Assembly (NCBI GenBank): GCA_965208905.1
Contig: OZ242365.1
Coordinates: 192,001 to 256,000, forward strand
Direction: 5' to 3'
DNA from: Nitrosopumilaceae archaeon
Lineage (GTDB): Archaea > Thermoproteota > Nitrososphaeria > Nitrososphaerales > Nitrosopumilaceae
Length of the DNA: 64,000 bases
A program made the translations under genes and the position numbers. Shown in pieces: positions 10,601 to 19,857 of this stretch; position 1 is the stretch's first letter, and every line of letters begins with the position of its first letter. The notes beneath the pieces were generated by a model. The model was not told the DNA's origin. It was given only the letters and a program-made list of their open reading frames with translations, and searched no databases.

Positions 10601-10876
10601 GTATTCGTTGCTGTGGCCAACGGCAACGACAGCCTCCAGCTGATGGACATTACGGATCCGCTCCGGCCGGTATTGGCAGCCCCGATAGGGATGGTAAACG
10701 GCTCTTCCATATACGGCACCACCGATGTCGAGATGGTCAAGATAGGCGCCGACTGGTACGTGCTGTTCCAGACCATTGACGGAAACATCACGCCGCTACT
10801 GGACATAACAGACCCATACGGACCGGTGGACATGTCCTTGATACCACCCCTCCACCATCTGGAGCAGCTCAGATAG
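7604..10876 (+). CDS. secreted LVIVD-repeat beta-propeller protein
   Basis: About 20 repeats of (I/V/L)D(I/V)TDP..P; signal peptide from ATG 7652 (MRGTVVMLLAVVALAPAVAYA); GC-rich. Confidence 0.85.
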   Translation: MSTYFCDEAKMWWPCRMRGTVVMLLAVVALAPAVAYAAETTDLDGSAFVFVPGDPVKVVDVTQPYVPLEVATIPIQSWELSQVPVNGNTYLVAMGTDDILHIWDVTVPYRPVPASSLPAPIGDDPLRVTDVDWAEADGRMFALISAGDSIHVIDVTDPQNPSRTGEIRNGERRIDALGGVVDAEQFWADQMPYLIVAGSDAVQIIGFDVPTEPEGISVIRQGEYGFGTVGGLLDVDIAASESGVYALIMGAHSVMVADITDPGHPVHVDTFVHMNLVDMDVLQTEDTSYALAMCIDKMHIIDMRDPNRPVEISDIPISTADVAGIEADGRLWALSVGETIDALDITNPESPMPAYVREGGFSYAPEATEIAVIDGDLYVLTASVGRSTIQITEITDPANPVPVSAVVGGQHAHGIIHGPHDVAVTEADGRTYAVVPNVYSNSMAILDITDPRSPTIESNVEFPTLRVPTSVAIFDSGSSKYAAVAGHYAESIRLLDITDPGAPVLGVLIRDGQYGFEAVGDPLSLDAVTIGNSSYILVSSYFENAVQVIDVTDPDSPVPAAALFDRIDGYTLGGPHEIKAVQIGGETFAVVAAAYDSSISIIDITDPRSPSLASRMTDGRGGFDHLDTVQYLDVVSHGDRTLLVATSYFDHTVQLADITDPRAPEPLPSAVQGQDGFDALVGPTDVAVASHGGIAYVAVADYFGNGIQIAEIDGLSLKAASTVSAGPQESLPLAITTGVQSATISGRTYALTASPAQDVVQITDITNPITPTAVSLIRHGEDGFVMDNPAGIEVGEISGGHYAFVAGVDSESVQVVDISEPDDPKPVYLMRDGLGWVVETEFLLIDRMPYLVMVDRTNDTLHIMDVSDPAGPERVAVLPDVISSAQGVDVIRTAEKVLALVFSFDHHTVHIIDITDPANPHQVSAISGEKYLQAVTDLDSITIGTRTLSAISSYKTDTVSVVDITDPLNPVLLSSVQGGEGGHYLHSPESLQVAAIGDGVFVAVANGNDSLQLMDITDPLRPVLAAPIGMVNGSSIYGTTDVEMVKIGADWYVLFQTIDGNITPLLDITDPYGPVDMSLIPPLHHLEQLR

Positions 10877-11386
10877 GGGCGCCATTGCGCATCCCAATGG
10901 ACGCTCCATTGCATGTTGCAACAGGCCGGGCCGCGGCTACATGCCCGAAGCGGGCGCCCCCACTGGATCGATAAATCTCCAACTGCAGAGACTGAACCCA
11001 TGACGGAGATTAACATGACTCAACCACCTCTTAGTGGAAAGAAGCAACTTGATGGCAGACGTACTGCTCGACAACTGAGTAACGAGGATCGCAAAACTCC
11101 AGAAAGAGAGGATGTGAACAGCGGTGATAAGCCTTTTAGGTTATTATTTGTATTTGTAAGAGATGTCTGATTACAAGGCCAGAATGTATATTATTATGTA
11201 ATGCAATAATGTGTAACTACAATGCTAAACAATGAAACATGTTAAAAATATAGTAAAAAAATTACTAAAATTATAAATAAACAAAAATTTTTTCATATAA
11301 ATAAACAATATAAATTGTAAAAATCATAGAAAAGTTACAAGAAAGCTAATCAATGTCAATATATAGAATAGACACCAACCTATATT

Positions 11387-11950
11387 ATGGCACAAATGCC
11401 CGCACTCATCCCAAAAGAGGTCGAGATTCAGAGACTCAAGAAGATCTGGCTCATCGTAATCGCAATGGGATCAACCGCTGCATCCGTCGAAGTAGACAAC
11501 TTTGTCGACGGTTCATTGCACCAGACATCTATTCGTGATAGCGCCTTTACACCAGCTCACTGGTGGCTATACAGCCACTTTGTGGCATTGCCACTAGGTT
11601 GGGGTGCAGCTGCTATCTACGATCGTAAGGTACCAGTTCTCCGAGGTCCAAACAACTCTATGAACACCGGTCTAAAGATGACCATACTAGGTTATCTAGC
11701 AACCATGTTCACGATTGGAGTTAACGAGATGTGGCACTTTTGGTTCGTGGAAGAGATATTCGCAGTACCAAATCACTGGATGTTCAACATGGGTGTAGTT
11801 GTAGCATTTATGGGTGCCCTCGCATATGTAGTTCGAGTATATGCTCGACTCGTAGAGCTCGGTGCGGAGACTCCTGGTGAGAATCCATACGTAGCCGAGA
11901 TGTACAAGATGGCCCTAGAGGGCAAACTGTACAGCAGGGCAATACCTTAG
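11387..11950 (+). CDS. amoC: ammonia monooxygenase subunit C
   Basis: MAQMPALIPKEVEIQRLKKIW...DGSLHQTSIRDSAFTPAHWWLYSHF...NEMWHFWFVEEIFAVPNHW. Confidence 0.98.
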   Translation: MAQMPALIPKEVEIQRLKKIWLIVIAMGSTAASVEVDNFVDGSLHQTSIRDSAFTPAHWWLYSHFVALPLGWGAAAIYDRKVPVLRGPNNSMNTGLKMTILGYLATMFTIGVNEMWHFWFVEEIFAVPNHWMFNMGVVVAFMGALAYVVRVYARLVELGAETPGENPYVAEMYKMALEGKLYSRAIP

Positions 11951-12220
11951 ACGCTTTCTGCATTTTTTTTAATTTCAAAAAGATACTTCTTGTATCATGT
12001 AGTTGGTCTTTGCTAATTATTGGTATCAGGGGTCGGATGATCTTGCGATTATAATCTGCGCATGTCAACTCTGACCACATAGGTTGGGACATACATGAGT
12101 TGACTGATACATTGATTTGACATTGCCAGTGGCCATACATCGCTTGGTTAATACAAGAGTATCCACTAATTTTGAAAATCTAGAAAGATTTAAAAGGATT
12201 CTTGTGTGAAGAAACACAGA

Positions 12221-12583
12221 ATGACATTACCAAAAGGATTTGGTTCAGGCGGCTCGGGCGGAACGTCAAGCGCTGATGTAGAGCGCATGATCGGCAGACG
12301 CGTCGAGAATATGGCCGGAATAATTACAGCCTCTTACATTGCTGCATGGTTGGCAACGTTCGGTGGAACAGCTGCAGGATACTTTTACTACCCATGGGCA
12401 TACCCAACACCTAGTGGACACTATGCATTCATAGTCCTAACAATCATCGAAGCCATAGGCTACATATTCTGCGTAAAAGTTATGCAGGAAGGCTCCAATA
12501 AGAACAGCAATGGAATGGTTGCTGCAGCTGTAGCAGGAACTGCGGTGGGAACAATATTCATCTCACTATACGTAGGCAATTAG
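12221..12583 (+). CDS. amoX: ammonia monooxygenase subunit X
   Basis: MTLPKGFGSGG...GYFYYPWAYPTPSGHYAF; located between amoC and amoA. Confidence 0.92.
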   Translation: MTLPKGFGSGGSGGTSSADVERMIGRRVENMAGIITASYIAAWLATFGGTAAGYFYYPWAYPTPSGHYAFIVLTIIEAIGYIFCVKVMQEGSNKNSNGMVAAAVAGTAVGTIFISLYVGN

Positions 12584-12853
12584 AAGGGTACCCTTCAGAA
12601 AACCTCTTTTTCATTTTAAAATAGCCGTTTTGGCTTGGTCTGTATCAAGCTACTCAATGGACTGTGTATTTGGCAATAGACGAATTCTTTCAAAGCCTGC
12701 TCGGATTGAAGATCTCTACACAATACTACTCATTAGGAACAATTCAGATAAACAGACTGTCTGCAAGAGATGACCATTCGTCTTTGTTGGAGCATGCAGC
12801 ACCATCCAGTCCTTTTAAAAAATTTTATATACGGTGTGTATGTGATTGATATA

Positions 12854-13504
12854 ATGGTATGGCTTAGACGATGTACCCACTACTTGTTCATAGTGGTAGT
12901 TGCAGTAAACTCTACACTGCTTACGATCAATGCAGGAGACTATATCTTCTACACTGATTGGGCTTGGACATCATATGTGGTATTCTCAATATCACAGACC
13001 TTGATGCTTGTAGTTGGTGCAACGTATTACTTGACGTTTACAGGGGTACCTGGAACAGCCACTTACTACTGTCTGATAATGACGGTATATACGTGGGTAG
13101 CCAAAGGCGCTTGGTTCGCACTAGGATACCCATACGACTTCATAGTGACACCAGTCTGGTTACCTTCAGGGATGCTTCTTGACTTGGTATACTGGGCCAC
13201 CAAAAAGAATAAGCACAGTCTGATACTATTCGGAGGTGTGCTGGTAGGAATGTCCCTACCATTGTTCAACATGGTGAACTTGATCACAGTGGCAGACCCG
13301 CTTGAAACCGCATTCAAGTATCCAAGGCCGACATTACCACCATACATGACACCAATAGAGCCTCAAGTAGGCAAGTTCTATAATAGCCCAGTAGCGCTAG
13401 GTGCAGGAGCAGGAGCAGTGCTATCTGTAACCATGGCAGCGCTGGGCTGTAAGCTGAATACGTGGACGTATAGGTGGATGGCAGCCTGGTCCAAGTGGGA
13501 TTAA
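12854..13504 (+). CDS. amoA: ammonia monooxygenase subunit A
   Basis: MVWLRRCTHYLFIVVVAVNSTLLTINAGDYIFYTDWAW...WMAAWSKWD, 216 aa. Start corrected to ATG 12854. Confidence 0.99.
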   Translation: MVWLRRCTHYLFIVVVAVNSTLLTINAGDYIFYTDWAWTSYVVFSISQTLMLVVGATYYLTFTGVPGTATYYCLIMTVYTWVAKGAWFALGYPYDFIVTPVWLPSGMLLDLVYWATKKNKHSLILFGGVLVGMSLPLFNMVNLITVADPLETAFKYPRPTLPPYMTPIEPQVGKFYNSPVALGAGAGAVLSVTMAALGCKLNTWTYRWMAAWSKWD

Positions 13505-13978
13505 TCCCTTTTCTTTCATTTTATTATTCTTGGTTCTGCCCCCAGAGTTGGGGCGGAGTATGATGAATTATCATACATAATGAATAGAGTCATAGTCTAA
13601 CACCGTATTATATTACATCGTATGAGAAGAATAGTCGAACAATAACACGCCCATACTGAAAAAGGGGCATAAAGTCATGTCTAGCATATGGCAGCACCAA
13701 TGCATGTAAGAACGTCCACTATATCAATATGACATAATCTGTGGTTCTGGCCCCAAAACATATTTGCCATAACCCAGACTGCCATACAAGAAATAAGTAG
13801 AAATAATATTGTTTGCAGATGTAGGCTATGTACGTATCAAGATATGGCCGTGAGGTTTTGGCCAGTCTGAAAGTTCGCCGTGGCATGATGCAACACCGCA
13901 CATTCTGGAGGGCGGACAGACCATATCACAGAGGGGTGATGTAGTATAACTCAACTTTGTAGAAGGAGCTTCAGCGTC

Positions 13979-14818
13979 ATACCAAAACCTTTTGTCAAGT
14001 GGGCTGGAGGAAAGAGGCAGTTACTAAACACAATAAGAAGCATGCTTCCCGCAAAGTATGGGGCGTATTATGAGCCATTTCTGGGTGGCGGTGCCGTATT
14101 CCTCGACATGCTAAGACACCAACCATCCCGCAAATATTTTGTGTCCGACTTGAATCAAGAGTTGATACTTGCCTATGAGGCGATTCGAGACAATGTCGAT
14201 GATCTCATCAAAATACTAAAGGAGCATGCGGTTTCCTTCAACAACAGCAGAGAGTATTATAACAGAGTGCGCAGTCAAAGTCCAGACAGACGGGTGGAAG
14301 AGGCAGCCAGACTACTATTCCTAAACAAGACCTGTTTTAATGGTCTGTATCGTGTAAACAGCAAGAACCAATTCAACGTTCCCATGGGCAGTTATCACAA
14401 TCCCGAGATAGTGCACGAAGACAATCTCAGAAGCATTAATGCCATCTTAAACTCGGACAATGTAACCATACGATGTGGTGACTTTGAGGAGTCTGTAAAG
14501 TATGCCAAAAGTGGAGATATGATATACTTTGATCCGCCATATCAGCCAGTAAACAGCACCAGCAGCTTTACTCAATATACAAGGTATGGTTTTTCATACG
14601 AGGATTTGAAGAGGTTGGCAAGAGTGTGTGAAACTCTGCACAGTGCCGGTTGCATGGTGATGTTATCCAACTCAAATGTGGATGCTGTTGAGCAGTTATT
14701 CGACAGAGAGATCTGGTACATCAAAAGGGTAAGGGCGGCCAGGGCCATTAATTCGGTGGGAACAAAGAGGGTTGGACACCAAGAGTTGATCATAACAAAC
14801 TATATAACTCCAAGATAA
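13979..14818 (+). CDS. DNA adenine methyltransferase (Dam/D12 class); start codon uncertain
   Basis: PKPFVKWAGGKRQLL in frame upstream of ATG 14042; YEPFLGGGA, NKTCFNGLYRVN and YFDPPY motifs. Confidence 0.9.
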   Translation: MPKPFVKWAGGKRQLLNTIRSMLPAKYGAYYEPFLGGGAVFLDMLRHQPSRKYFVSDLNQELILAYEAIRDNVDDLIKILKEHAVSFNNSREYYNRVRSQSPDRRVEEAARLLFLNKTCFNGLYRVNSKNQFNVPMGSYHNPEIVHEDNLRSINAILNSDNVTIRCGDFEESVKYAKSGDMIYFDPPYQPVNSTSSFTQYTRYGFSYEDLKRLARVCETLHSAGCMVMLSNSNVDAVEQLFDREIWYIKRVRAARAINSVGTKRVGHQELIITNYITPR

Positions 14819-14878
14819 CTTTTGATCAGCTCATATAAGCGCAAACGTTTAATTTTGTAACCATAATGATACGGTATT

Positions 14879-15328
14879 ATGGGAAGGATGCATACACACC
14901 GACATGGTAAGTCACACTCTCGAAGGCCTGTAGAGGTTCGTATACCACAATGGATACCATATACGCCAAAACAGGTGGAGGAGTTGGTTGTAAAGTATGC
15001 CCGGGACGGTCTGACGCCCAGTCAGATAGGCATAAAGTTGCGAGACCAACATGCCATACCGCTGGTAAAACCCATAGTGGGAAAGACAATTGGAAGTATA
15101 CTAGAGCAGAATGAGTTAAAACCAGATATGCCAGAGGACTTGGATAACATAGTGAAGAAGGCGGTGGGTCTGCAGAGGCACCTTCGCGAGAATCGAGGAG
15201 ATAGAAGAAATGTGAGATCGTTAGAGTTGATAGAAGCCAAGGTACACAGGCTCTCAGTATACTACAAAAGAATGGGGAGCATACCTAGTAACTGGAAATA
15301 CAAGTCAGTAGTGGCTCAGCTGGAATGA
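14879..15328 (+). CDS. rps15: 30S ribosomal protein S15 (uS15)
   Basis: MGRMHTHRHGKSHS.RP...SQIGIKLRDQH...PEDL...LELIEAKVHRL..YYK. Confidence 0.97.
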   Translation: MGRMHTHRHGKSHSRRPVEVRIPQWIPYTPKQVEELVVKYARDGLTPSQIGIKLRDQHAIPLVKPIVGKTIGSILEQNELKPDMPEDLDNIVKKAVGLQRHLRENRGDRRNVRSLELIEAKVHRLSVYYKRMGSIPSNWKYKSVVAQLE

Positions 15329-16746
15329 CATCCCTGTCCAAATCACTGTCCATGTTTGCGGACAGAACGATGGACTGCATAAAGAGTAAGAGGCCAATAA
15401 TGGTGCTCACACATATGGACTGTGATGGGTTGACATCCGGTTCCATAATCGGCAAGGCCCTCATACGAGCTGGTGCCAACTGTACCATACGTTCATCCAT
15501 AGAGTTTAGCCCCAAAGTAGCCAAATCACTATCCAAAGATAGTAGGGCATTCCACATAATAACAGATTTGGGAGGTGGATTTGCAGATGATCTAGACAGG
15601 GAGTTGGGAGATCAATGGCTAGTGTTAGACCATCACCACATACCAGATACAGAGTTCGATAATGAGCGGGTGATAAACTCTTGGAAGTTTGACATAGATG
15701 GTGGGGTAGACATATGCGCCGGGGGTATGACGTATTTAGCAGCAGTCTCTTTGGACAAGAACAACTCAGACCTATCGCCATTGGCAGTTGTTGCTGCATT
15801 AGGAGACCGGCAAGACCAAGGCGAAAAAAGGTCACTAACTGGCAAGAATAAAGAGATATCCAAAGTAGCCGAGGAGTTAGAACTCTTAGAGATTGATATG
15901 GATCTGCTTTTGTATGGCCGAGAGACTCGCCCTATAGCAGATGCGTTGGCTTATACATCACAGCCATACATAAAGGGAGTAACCTGGGAACGAGGGAATT
16001 GCGCCTCATTACTCAAAAACGCAGGTATAGAACTAAAGGAGAGTGGCAGGTGGCGCGTCCCTGCCGAGTTGACGCAGGACGAGAAGGTTGCCATCATAGA
16101 CGCAATTGCCAAGTATGCATCCGGCCCTGGGATTACCGAGTCGATGGCAGAGATAATAGGTCACACTTATACTTTGATTGGCGAGGAGAGTGGGAGTTTC
16201 CTGAGAGATTGTAGGGAGTTTGGAACCATGCTTAATTCGTGTGGGCGTATAGGAAAGCCTGGTGTCGGTATAGCCGTCAGTATGGGCGATAGAAACAATA
16301 TGTTGACTGCGGCCGAGGAGACACTCAAAGAGTATAAGGGTCGCATAAGAGAGTACATGAATATAATATCTAATGATCGATGGAGGGTAACTGTACATGA
16401 CCATTTAGTGATGGTCAATGCCGAGGGCGTAGTTCCCGAGACCATGAGTGGCACAATTGCATCAATGATATCAGGTTCACCAAAGTATAATGGAAAGATA
16501 ATAATATTAAGAACCAGTGGTGCAGAGAACACCATCAAGTTTTCGTCCCGCAAGGCTCAAAGGTGTACCATCGCAGTCAGTTTGAGTGATCTATTACAGA
16601 AGGGGACAGAACGTTTTGGCGGAATGAGTGGAGGGCATGATATGGCAGCAGGTGCCCGTATAGATAAAGAGAAATTGGACGAGTATTTAGACTATCTAGA
16701 AGCCAATGTCAATAACATCCAGAGTGACCATACTCCTAAATCTTAA
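15325..16746 (+). CDS. DHH-family phosphoesterase (RecJ-like)
   Basis: H.DCDG, TDLG, LDHH, GDRQD and GGHDMAAGA motifs; conserved archaeal position after rps15. Confidence 0.92.
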   Translation: MTSLSKSLSMFADRTMDCIKSKRPIMVLTHMDCDGLTSGSIIGKALIRAGANCTIRSSIEFSPKVAKSLSKDSRAFHIITDLGGGFADDLDRELGDQWLVLDHHHIPDTEFDNERVINSWKFDIDGGVDICAGGMTYLAAVSLDKNNSDLSPLAVVAALGDRQDQGEKRSLTGKNKEISKVAEELELLEIDMDLLLYGRETRPIADALAYTSQPYIKGVTWERGNCASLLKNAGIELKESGRWRVPAELTQDEKVAIIDAIAKYASGPGITESMAEIIGHTYTLIGEESGSFLRDCREFGTMLNSCGRIGKPGVGIAVSMGDRNNMLTAAEETLKEYKGRIREYMNIISNDRWRVTVHDHLVMVNAEGVVPETMSGTIASMISGSPKYNGKIIILRTSGAENTIKFSSRKAQRCTIAVSLSDLLQKGTERFGGMSGGHDMAAGARIDKEKLDEYLDYLEANVNNIQSDHTPKS

Positions 16747-16948
16747 TGAGGGTGTAGCCGACATGCTGTACAAGTCTTTGGGCCCTGACAATGTAAAGAT
16801 ACCATCAGATATGGACATAAAGATGAATGTGACCAATGACGTACTCTGTATAATGGTGAGTAGTTCGAATAATCCATCCCGGGTTACACACACAGTCGAT
16901 GAGATACTATCTCATGCTCAAATGATATTGGATGTGACTCAGACATGA
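16706..16948 (+). CDS. pcc1: KEOPS complex Pcc1-like subunit
   Basis: 80 aa; LYKSL.PD motif; conserved position between DHH and serS. Confidence 0.75.
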   Translation: MSITSRVTILLNLNEGVADMLYKSLGPDNVKIPSDMDIKMNVTNDVLCIMVSSSNNPSRVTHTVDEILSHAQMILDVTQT

Positions 16949-18192
16949 TTGATCCATACATCATACGCGAGAGGCCAGATGACATTCGGCGCATGTTGCA
17001 GTCTAGGGTAGTAGATTATGATCTTAATGAGCTCATACTGTGTGAGCAAGAGCGACGTAGATACATAGCAGATACGGACAAGTTGCGACAGGAGAGAAAT
17101 GACTGTGGCAAGACAATATCAGAGCTGAAAAAGTCTAGAGAAGATGCGACCGATATGATAAACCATATGAAGAGGGTATCAGCAGAACTACGAGCTCAAG
17201 AGAGTATGCAGACTGCAAATGAAGAAAAGTATCAGAGATTGATTCGCGCCATGCCCAACATGATACACGATACTGTACCTTTGGGTCCAGACGATACGAC
17301 CAATGTAGAGATAAACAGATGGGGCCTGACAGATAGCAAGCCTAAAAACCACGTAGATGTGGCCGGAGATCTCTTAGATATTGAGCGGGCGGCCAAGGTT
17401 GCGGGATCCCGATTCTATTATCTCAAAGATGGTCTAGTACGACTGAATTATGCTATTATATCATATGCGCTGGATCATCTCTTGGAGTATGGATATACTT
17501 TGGTACAGCCACCATATATGATCAATCGCCAGTCCATGGAAGGAGCCATTATTGCCGAGGACTTTGAAGATGTAATCTATAAAATTCAGGATAAGGACCT
17601 ATACATGGTTGGGACCTCCGAGCATGCCATGGCGGCTATGCATTCAGATGAGATAATGGATGGTCATACGTTACCTGTCAGGTATGCCGGAGTTAGTCCG
17701 TGTTTTCGCAAGGAGGCGGGCGCCCATGGTAAAGATCAGAAGGGCATATTTCGTGTACATCAGTTCGAGAAGGTAGAGCAGTTTGTGTATGCAAGGCCCG
17801 AACAGTCCTGGGTTGAGCATCAAAGAATGTTGCGCATATCCGAAAAGTTCTACGAAAGTCTCAGCATACCATACAGAACAGTCATACTATCCAGTGGAGA
17901 TATGGGCAAGGTGGCATCCAAAACATATGATATAGAGGCATGGATGGCAGGACAGTCTGCATATAGGGAGATAGTGTCATGCTCCAACTGTACAGACTAT
18001 CAAGCCAGAAGATTGATGATTCGATACAGGGATCGCACCAACGACAAACCCCAGTATCTGCACACCCTAAACAGCACATTGGTGGCTACTACACGAACCA
18101 TGGTGGCCATAATGGAGAACCACCAAAGGAGAGACGGCCACATTGATGTACCAAAGCCTCTACAGTCATACATGAATCTCAAAACAATATAG
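16945..18192 (+). CDS. serS: serine--tRNA ligase
   Basis: N-terminal coiled coil, GTSEH, FRKEAGAHG..GIFRVHQFEKVEQF, EIVSCSNCTDYQARR, HTLNST. Confidence 0.98.
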   Translation: MIDPYIIRERPDDIRRMLQSRVVDYDLNELILCEQERRRYIADTDKLRQERNDCGKTISELKKSREDATDMINHMKRVSAELRAQESMQTANEEKYQRLIRAMPNMIHDTVPLGPDDTTNVEINRWGLTDSKPKNHVDVAGDLLDIERAAKVAGSRFYYLKDGLVRLNYAIISYALDHLLEYGYTLVQPPYMINRQSMEGAIIAEDFEDVIYKIQDKDLYMVGTSEHAMAAMHSDEIMDGHTLPVRYAGVSPCFRKEAGAHGKDQKGIFRVHQFEKVEQFVYARPEQSWVEHQRMLRISEKFYESLSIPYRTVILSSGDMGKVASKTYDIEAWMAGQSAYREIVSCSNCTDYQARRLMIRYRDRTNDKPQYLHTLNSTLVATTRTMVAIMENHQRRDGHIDVPKPLQSYMNLKTI

Positions 18193-18360
18193 AATGTATT
18201 ACAGATTTTGTGTAGACAGAGTCTCCTACCAAATATACGTGATGAATGCAAGAAAGGCATATGCTCAGGTCCTTTTCTATTTCTACCGCACCTATCTGGT
18301 ACTGTCCGACGCATATCAATCCATCTTGCACATGCGATTTGTAATGACAGCCTTGGGCCT

Positions 18361-18711
18361 GCCAGGGAGTCGGCCATGGCCTAGGACGACAAAGGTGGAG
18401 ACGCAATATTTCAAATTCTGAATGGCCCGCGCGACACCACATACCACGATGCCGAGCTGTACGTCCTTGTGGTGAACGAGAACCATATCATAGTGGCGCA
18501 CGGCGCAGATCCCGGCGCGGTGGGGGCCGTATGCGCATCGTGTTACACACCTGACGCTACAAGCGGTGCGGCAACGCTACAAATACCACATGATGACACG
18601 TCCGAAGTGTTGGCCCCACATATAGAGGAGAACCCGGTCAGCAGGAGTGCCGAATACAAGGTATCTTGGATAAAGGGGCATGATGGCCACATATTCGGGG
18701 CGGTCCCATAC
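18361..18711 (+). pseudogene. single Cache domain relic
   Basis: Frame reads ARESAMA*DDKGGDAIFQILNGPRDTTYHDAELYVLVVNENHIIVAHGADPGAVG...ENPVSRSAEYKVSWIKGHDGHIFG, with an in-frame TAG at 18382-18384. Confidence 0.6.
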
Positions 18712-18793
18712 CCGTTGATCACATGCGGTAGGCCACACCCGAATGGCCGTGACACGATATTAAATTATATAGAATTCGATTGGCGTCAGGGTA

Positions 18794-19684
18794 ATGAGAA
18801 AGAAGATCATAATAACGGCAATTCTCGCAATTGCGTCTGTAGCGGCGCTGACCGTGGCACTTCAACCATCTGGGGGAGACCTAGCCATACTGCAGGGTGC
18901 CGGAGACCAGACAACGGATGATATGCCCAACGGCCACAACTACACCGATACTAATTTGGAGTGGCCCAACATGCACGCCAACGTGGTGACCAGTTTCAAT
19001 CCGGAAATAGCCGAACCGTCCGTGGAACCCAGCGCGTTCATACACCCGTTCGCCATTGTCATCGGAAACTGCCACATCGGTAAGTGGGTAGCCATGTCGC
19101 CGACCGCCGTATGCAGGGCGGACGAGGGCACACCCATATTGATAGGAGATGGCTCCAATATTCAAGACGGCGTACTCCTGCACGCGTTGGAGACCGTAGA
19201 GCATGGACACAACATTGACGACCGCAGGTTCTCCATGGACGGAGAAAGACTAAAGGGGGATGATCCTGCATTTTTGGACGGCTATGCCGTGTATGTAGGG
19301 AACAATACCAGTCTTGCCCACGGATCCCTTATTCATGGTCCGGCATGGGTTGGAAGCAACACCTTCATAGGCATGGAGGCACTGGTCTTTAACGCAAAGG
19401 TGGGAAACAACGTAGCAGTGGGGGTATCGGCCACCATCACCGGCGGCGTATCCATCGCCGACGGCAAGTTCGTGCCACCGGGAGCGGTCATAGTCACCCA
19501 AGAGCAGGCCGATGCTCTGCCGGAGCGGATAGGAAGCGCATACGAGACCATAAACGATGCCGTAACAAATGTCAACCTGGAGCTGGCAGAAGGGTACAAT
19601 CAGCTTGATCTAGAAAGACTGGCCATTGAGCGCGAAAAAGAGATGGAGAAGAATATGCTGGAAACCTCAATGCCGGGTCCTTAA
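18794..19684 (+). CDS. gamma-class carbonic anhydrase (Cam-like) with signal peptide
   Basis: RADEG, NIQDGVLLH and SLAHGSLIHGP (three Zn-ligand His), hexapeptide beta-helix, N-terminal MRKK plus hydrophobic stretch. Confidence 0.88.
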   Translation: MRKKIIITAILAIASVAALTVALQPSGGDLAILQGAGDQTTDDMPNGHNYTDTNLEWPNMHANVVTSFNPEIAEPSVEPSAFIHPFAIVIGNCHIGKWVAMSPTAVCRADEGTPILIGDGSNIQDGVLLHALETVEHGHNIDDRRFSMDGERLKGDDPAFLDGYAVYVGNNTSLAHGSLIHGPAWVGSNTFIGMEALVFNAKVGNNVAVGVSATITGGVSIADGKFVPPGAVIVTQEQADALPERIGSAYETINDAVTNVNLELAEGYNQLDLERLAIEREKEMEKNMLETSMPGP

Positions 19685-19857
19685 TCCACTTTTTTTCTTT
19701 TCCAATAGGGCAGATTTGGCGTCAAATTCGCATATTATTGTAGTTTTAGAGATTCCTTATGGCGTCAAACCGCGCATAACTTTTCCGCCTTTGGGACAAC
19801 ATAGGTACCACCCTTTGTCAGTATACCCTTATATTTTGGTGATAAAAGAAAAAGAAA

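Noticed and set aside
4738-10991. Inverted match TCTCTGCAGT / ACTGCAGAGA near the edges of the GC-rich island as TIRs
   Set aside because: Only about 10 perfect bases, centred on the CTGCAG palindrome, with no flanking duplication; compatible with chance.
4728-11016. Many antisense and overlapping ORFs of 60-270 aa
   Set aside because: Shadow ORFs expected from GC-rich coding sequence; no recognisable motifs.
11170-11386. Extremely AT-rich tract upstream of amoC as a replication origin
   Set aside because: No ORB repeats or cdc6/orc1 nearby; more simply the amoC promoter region.
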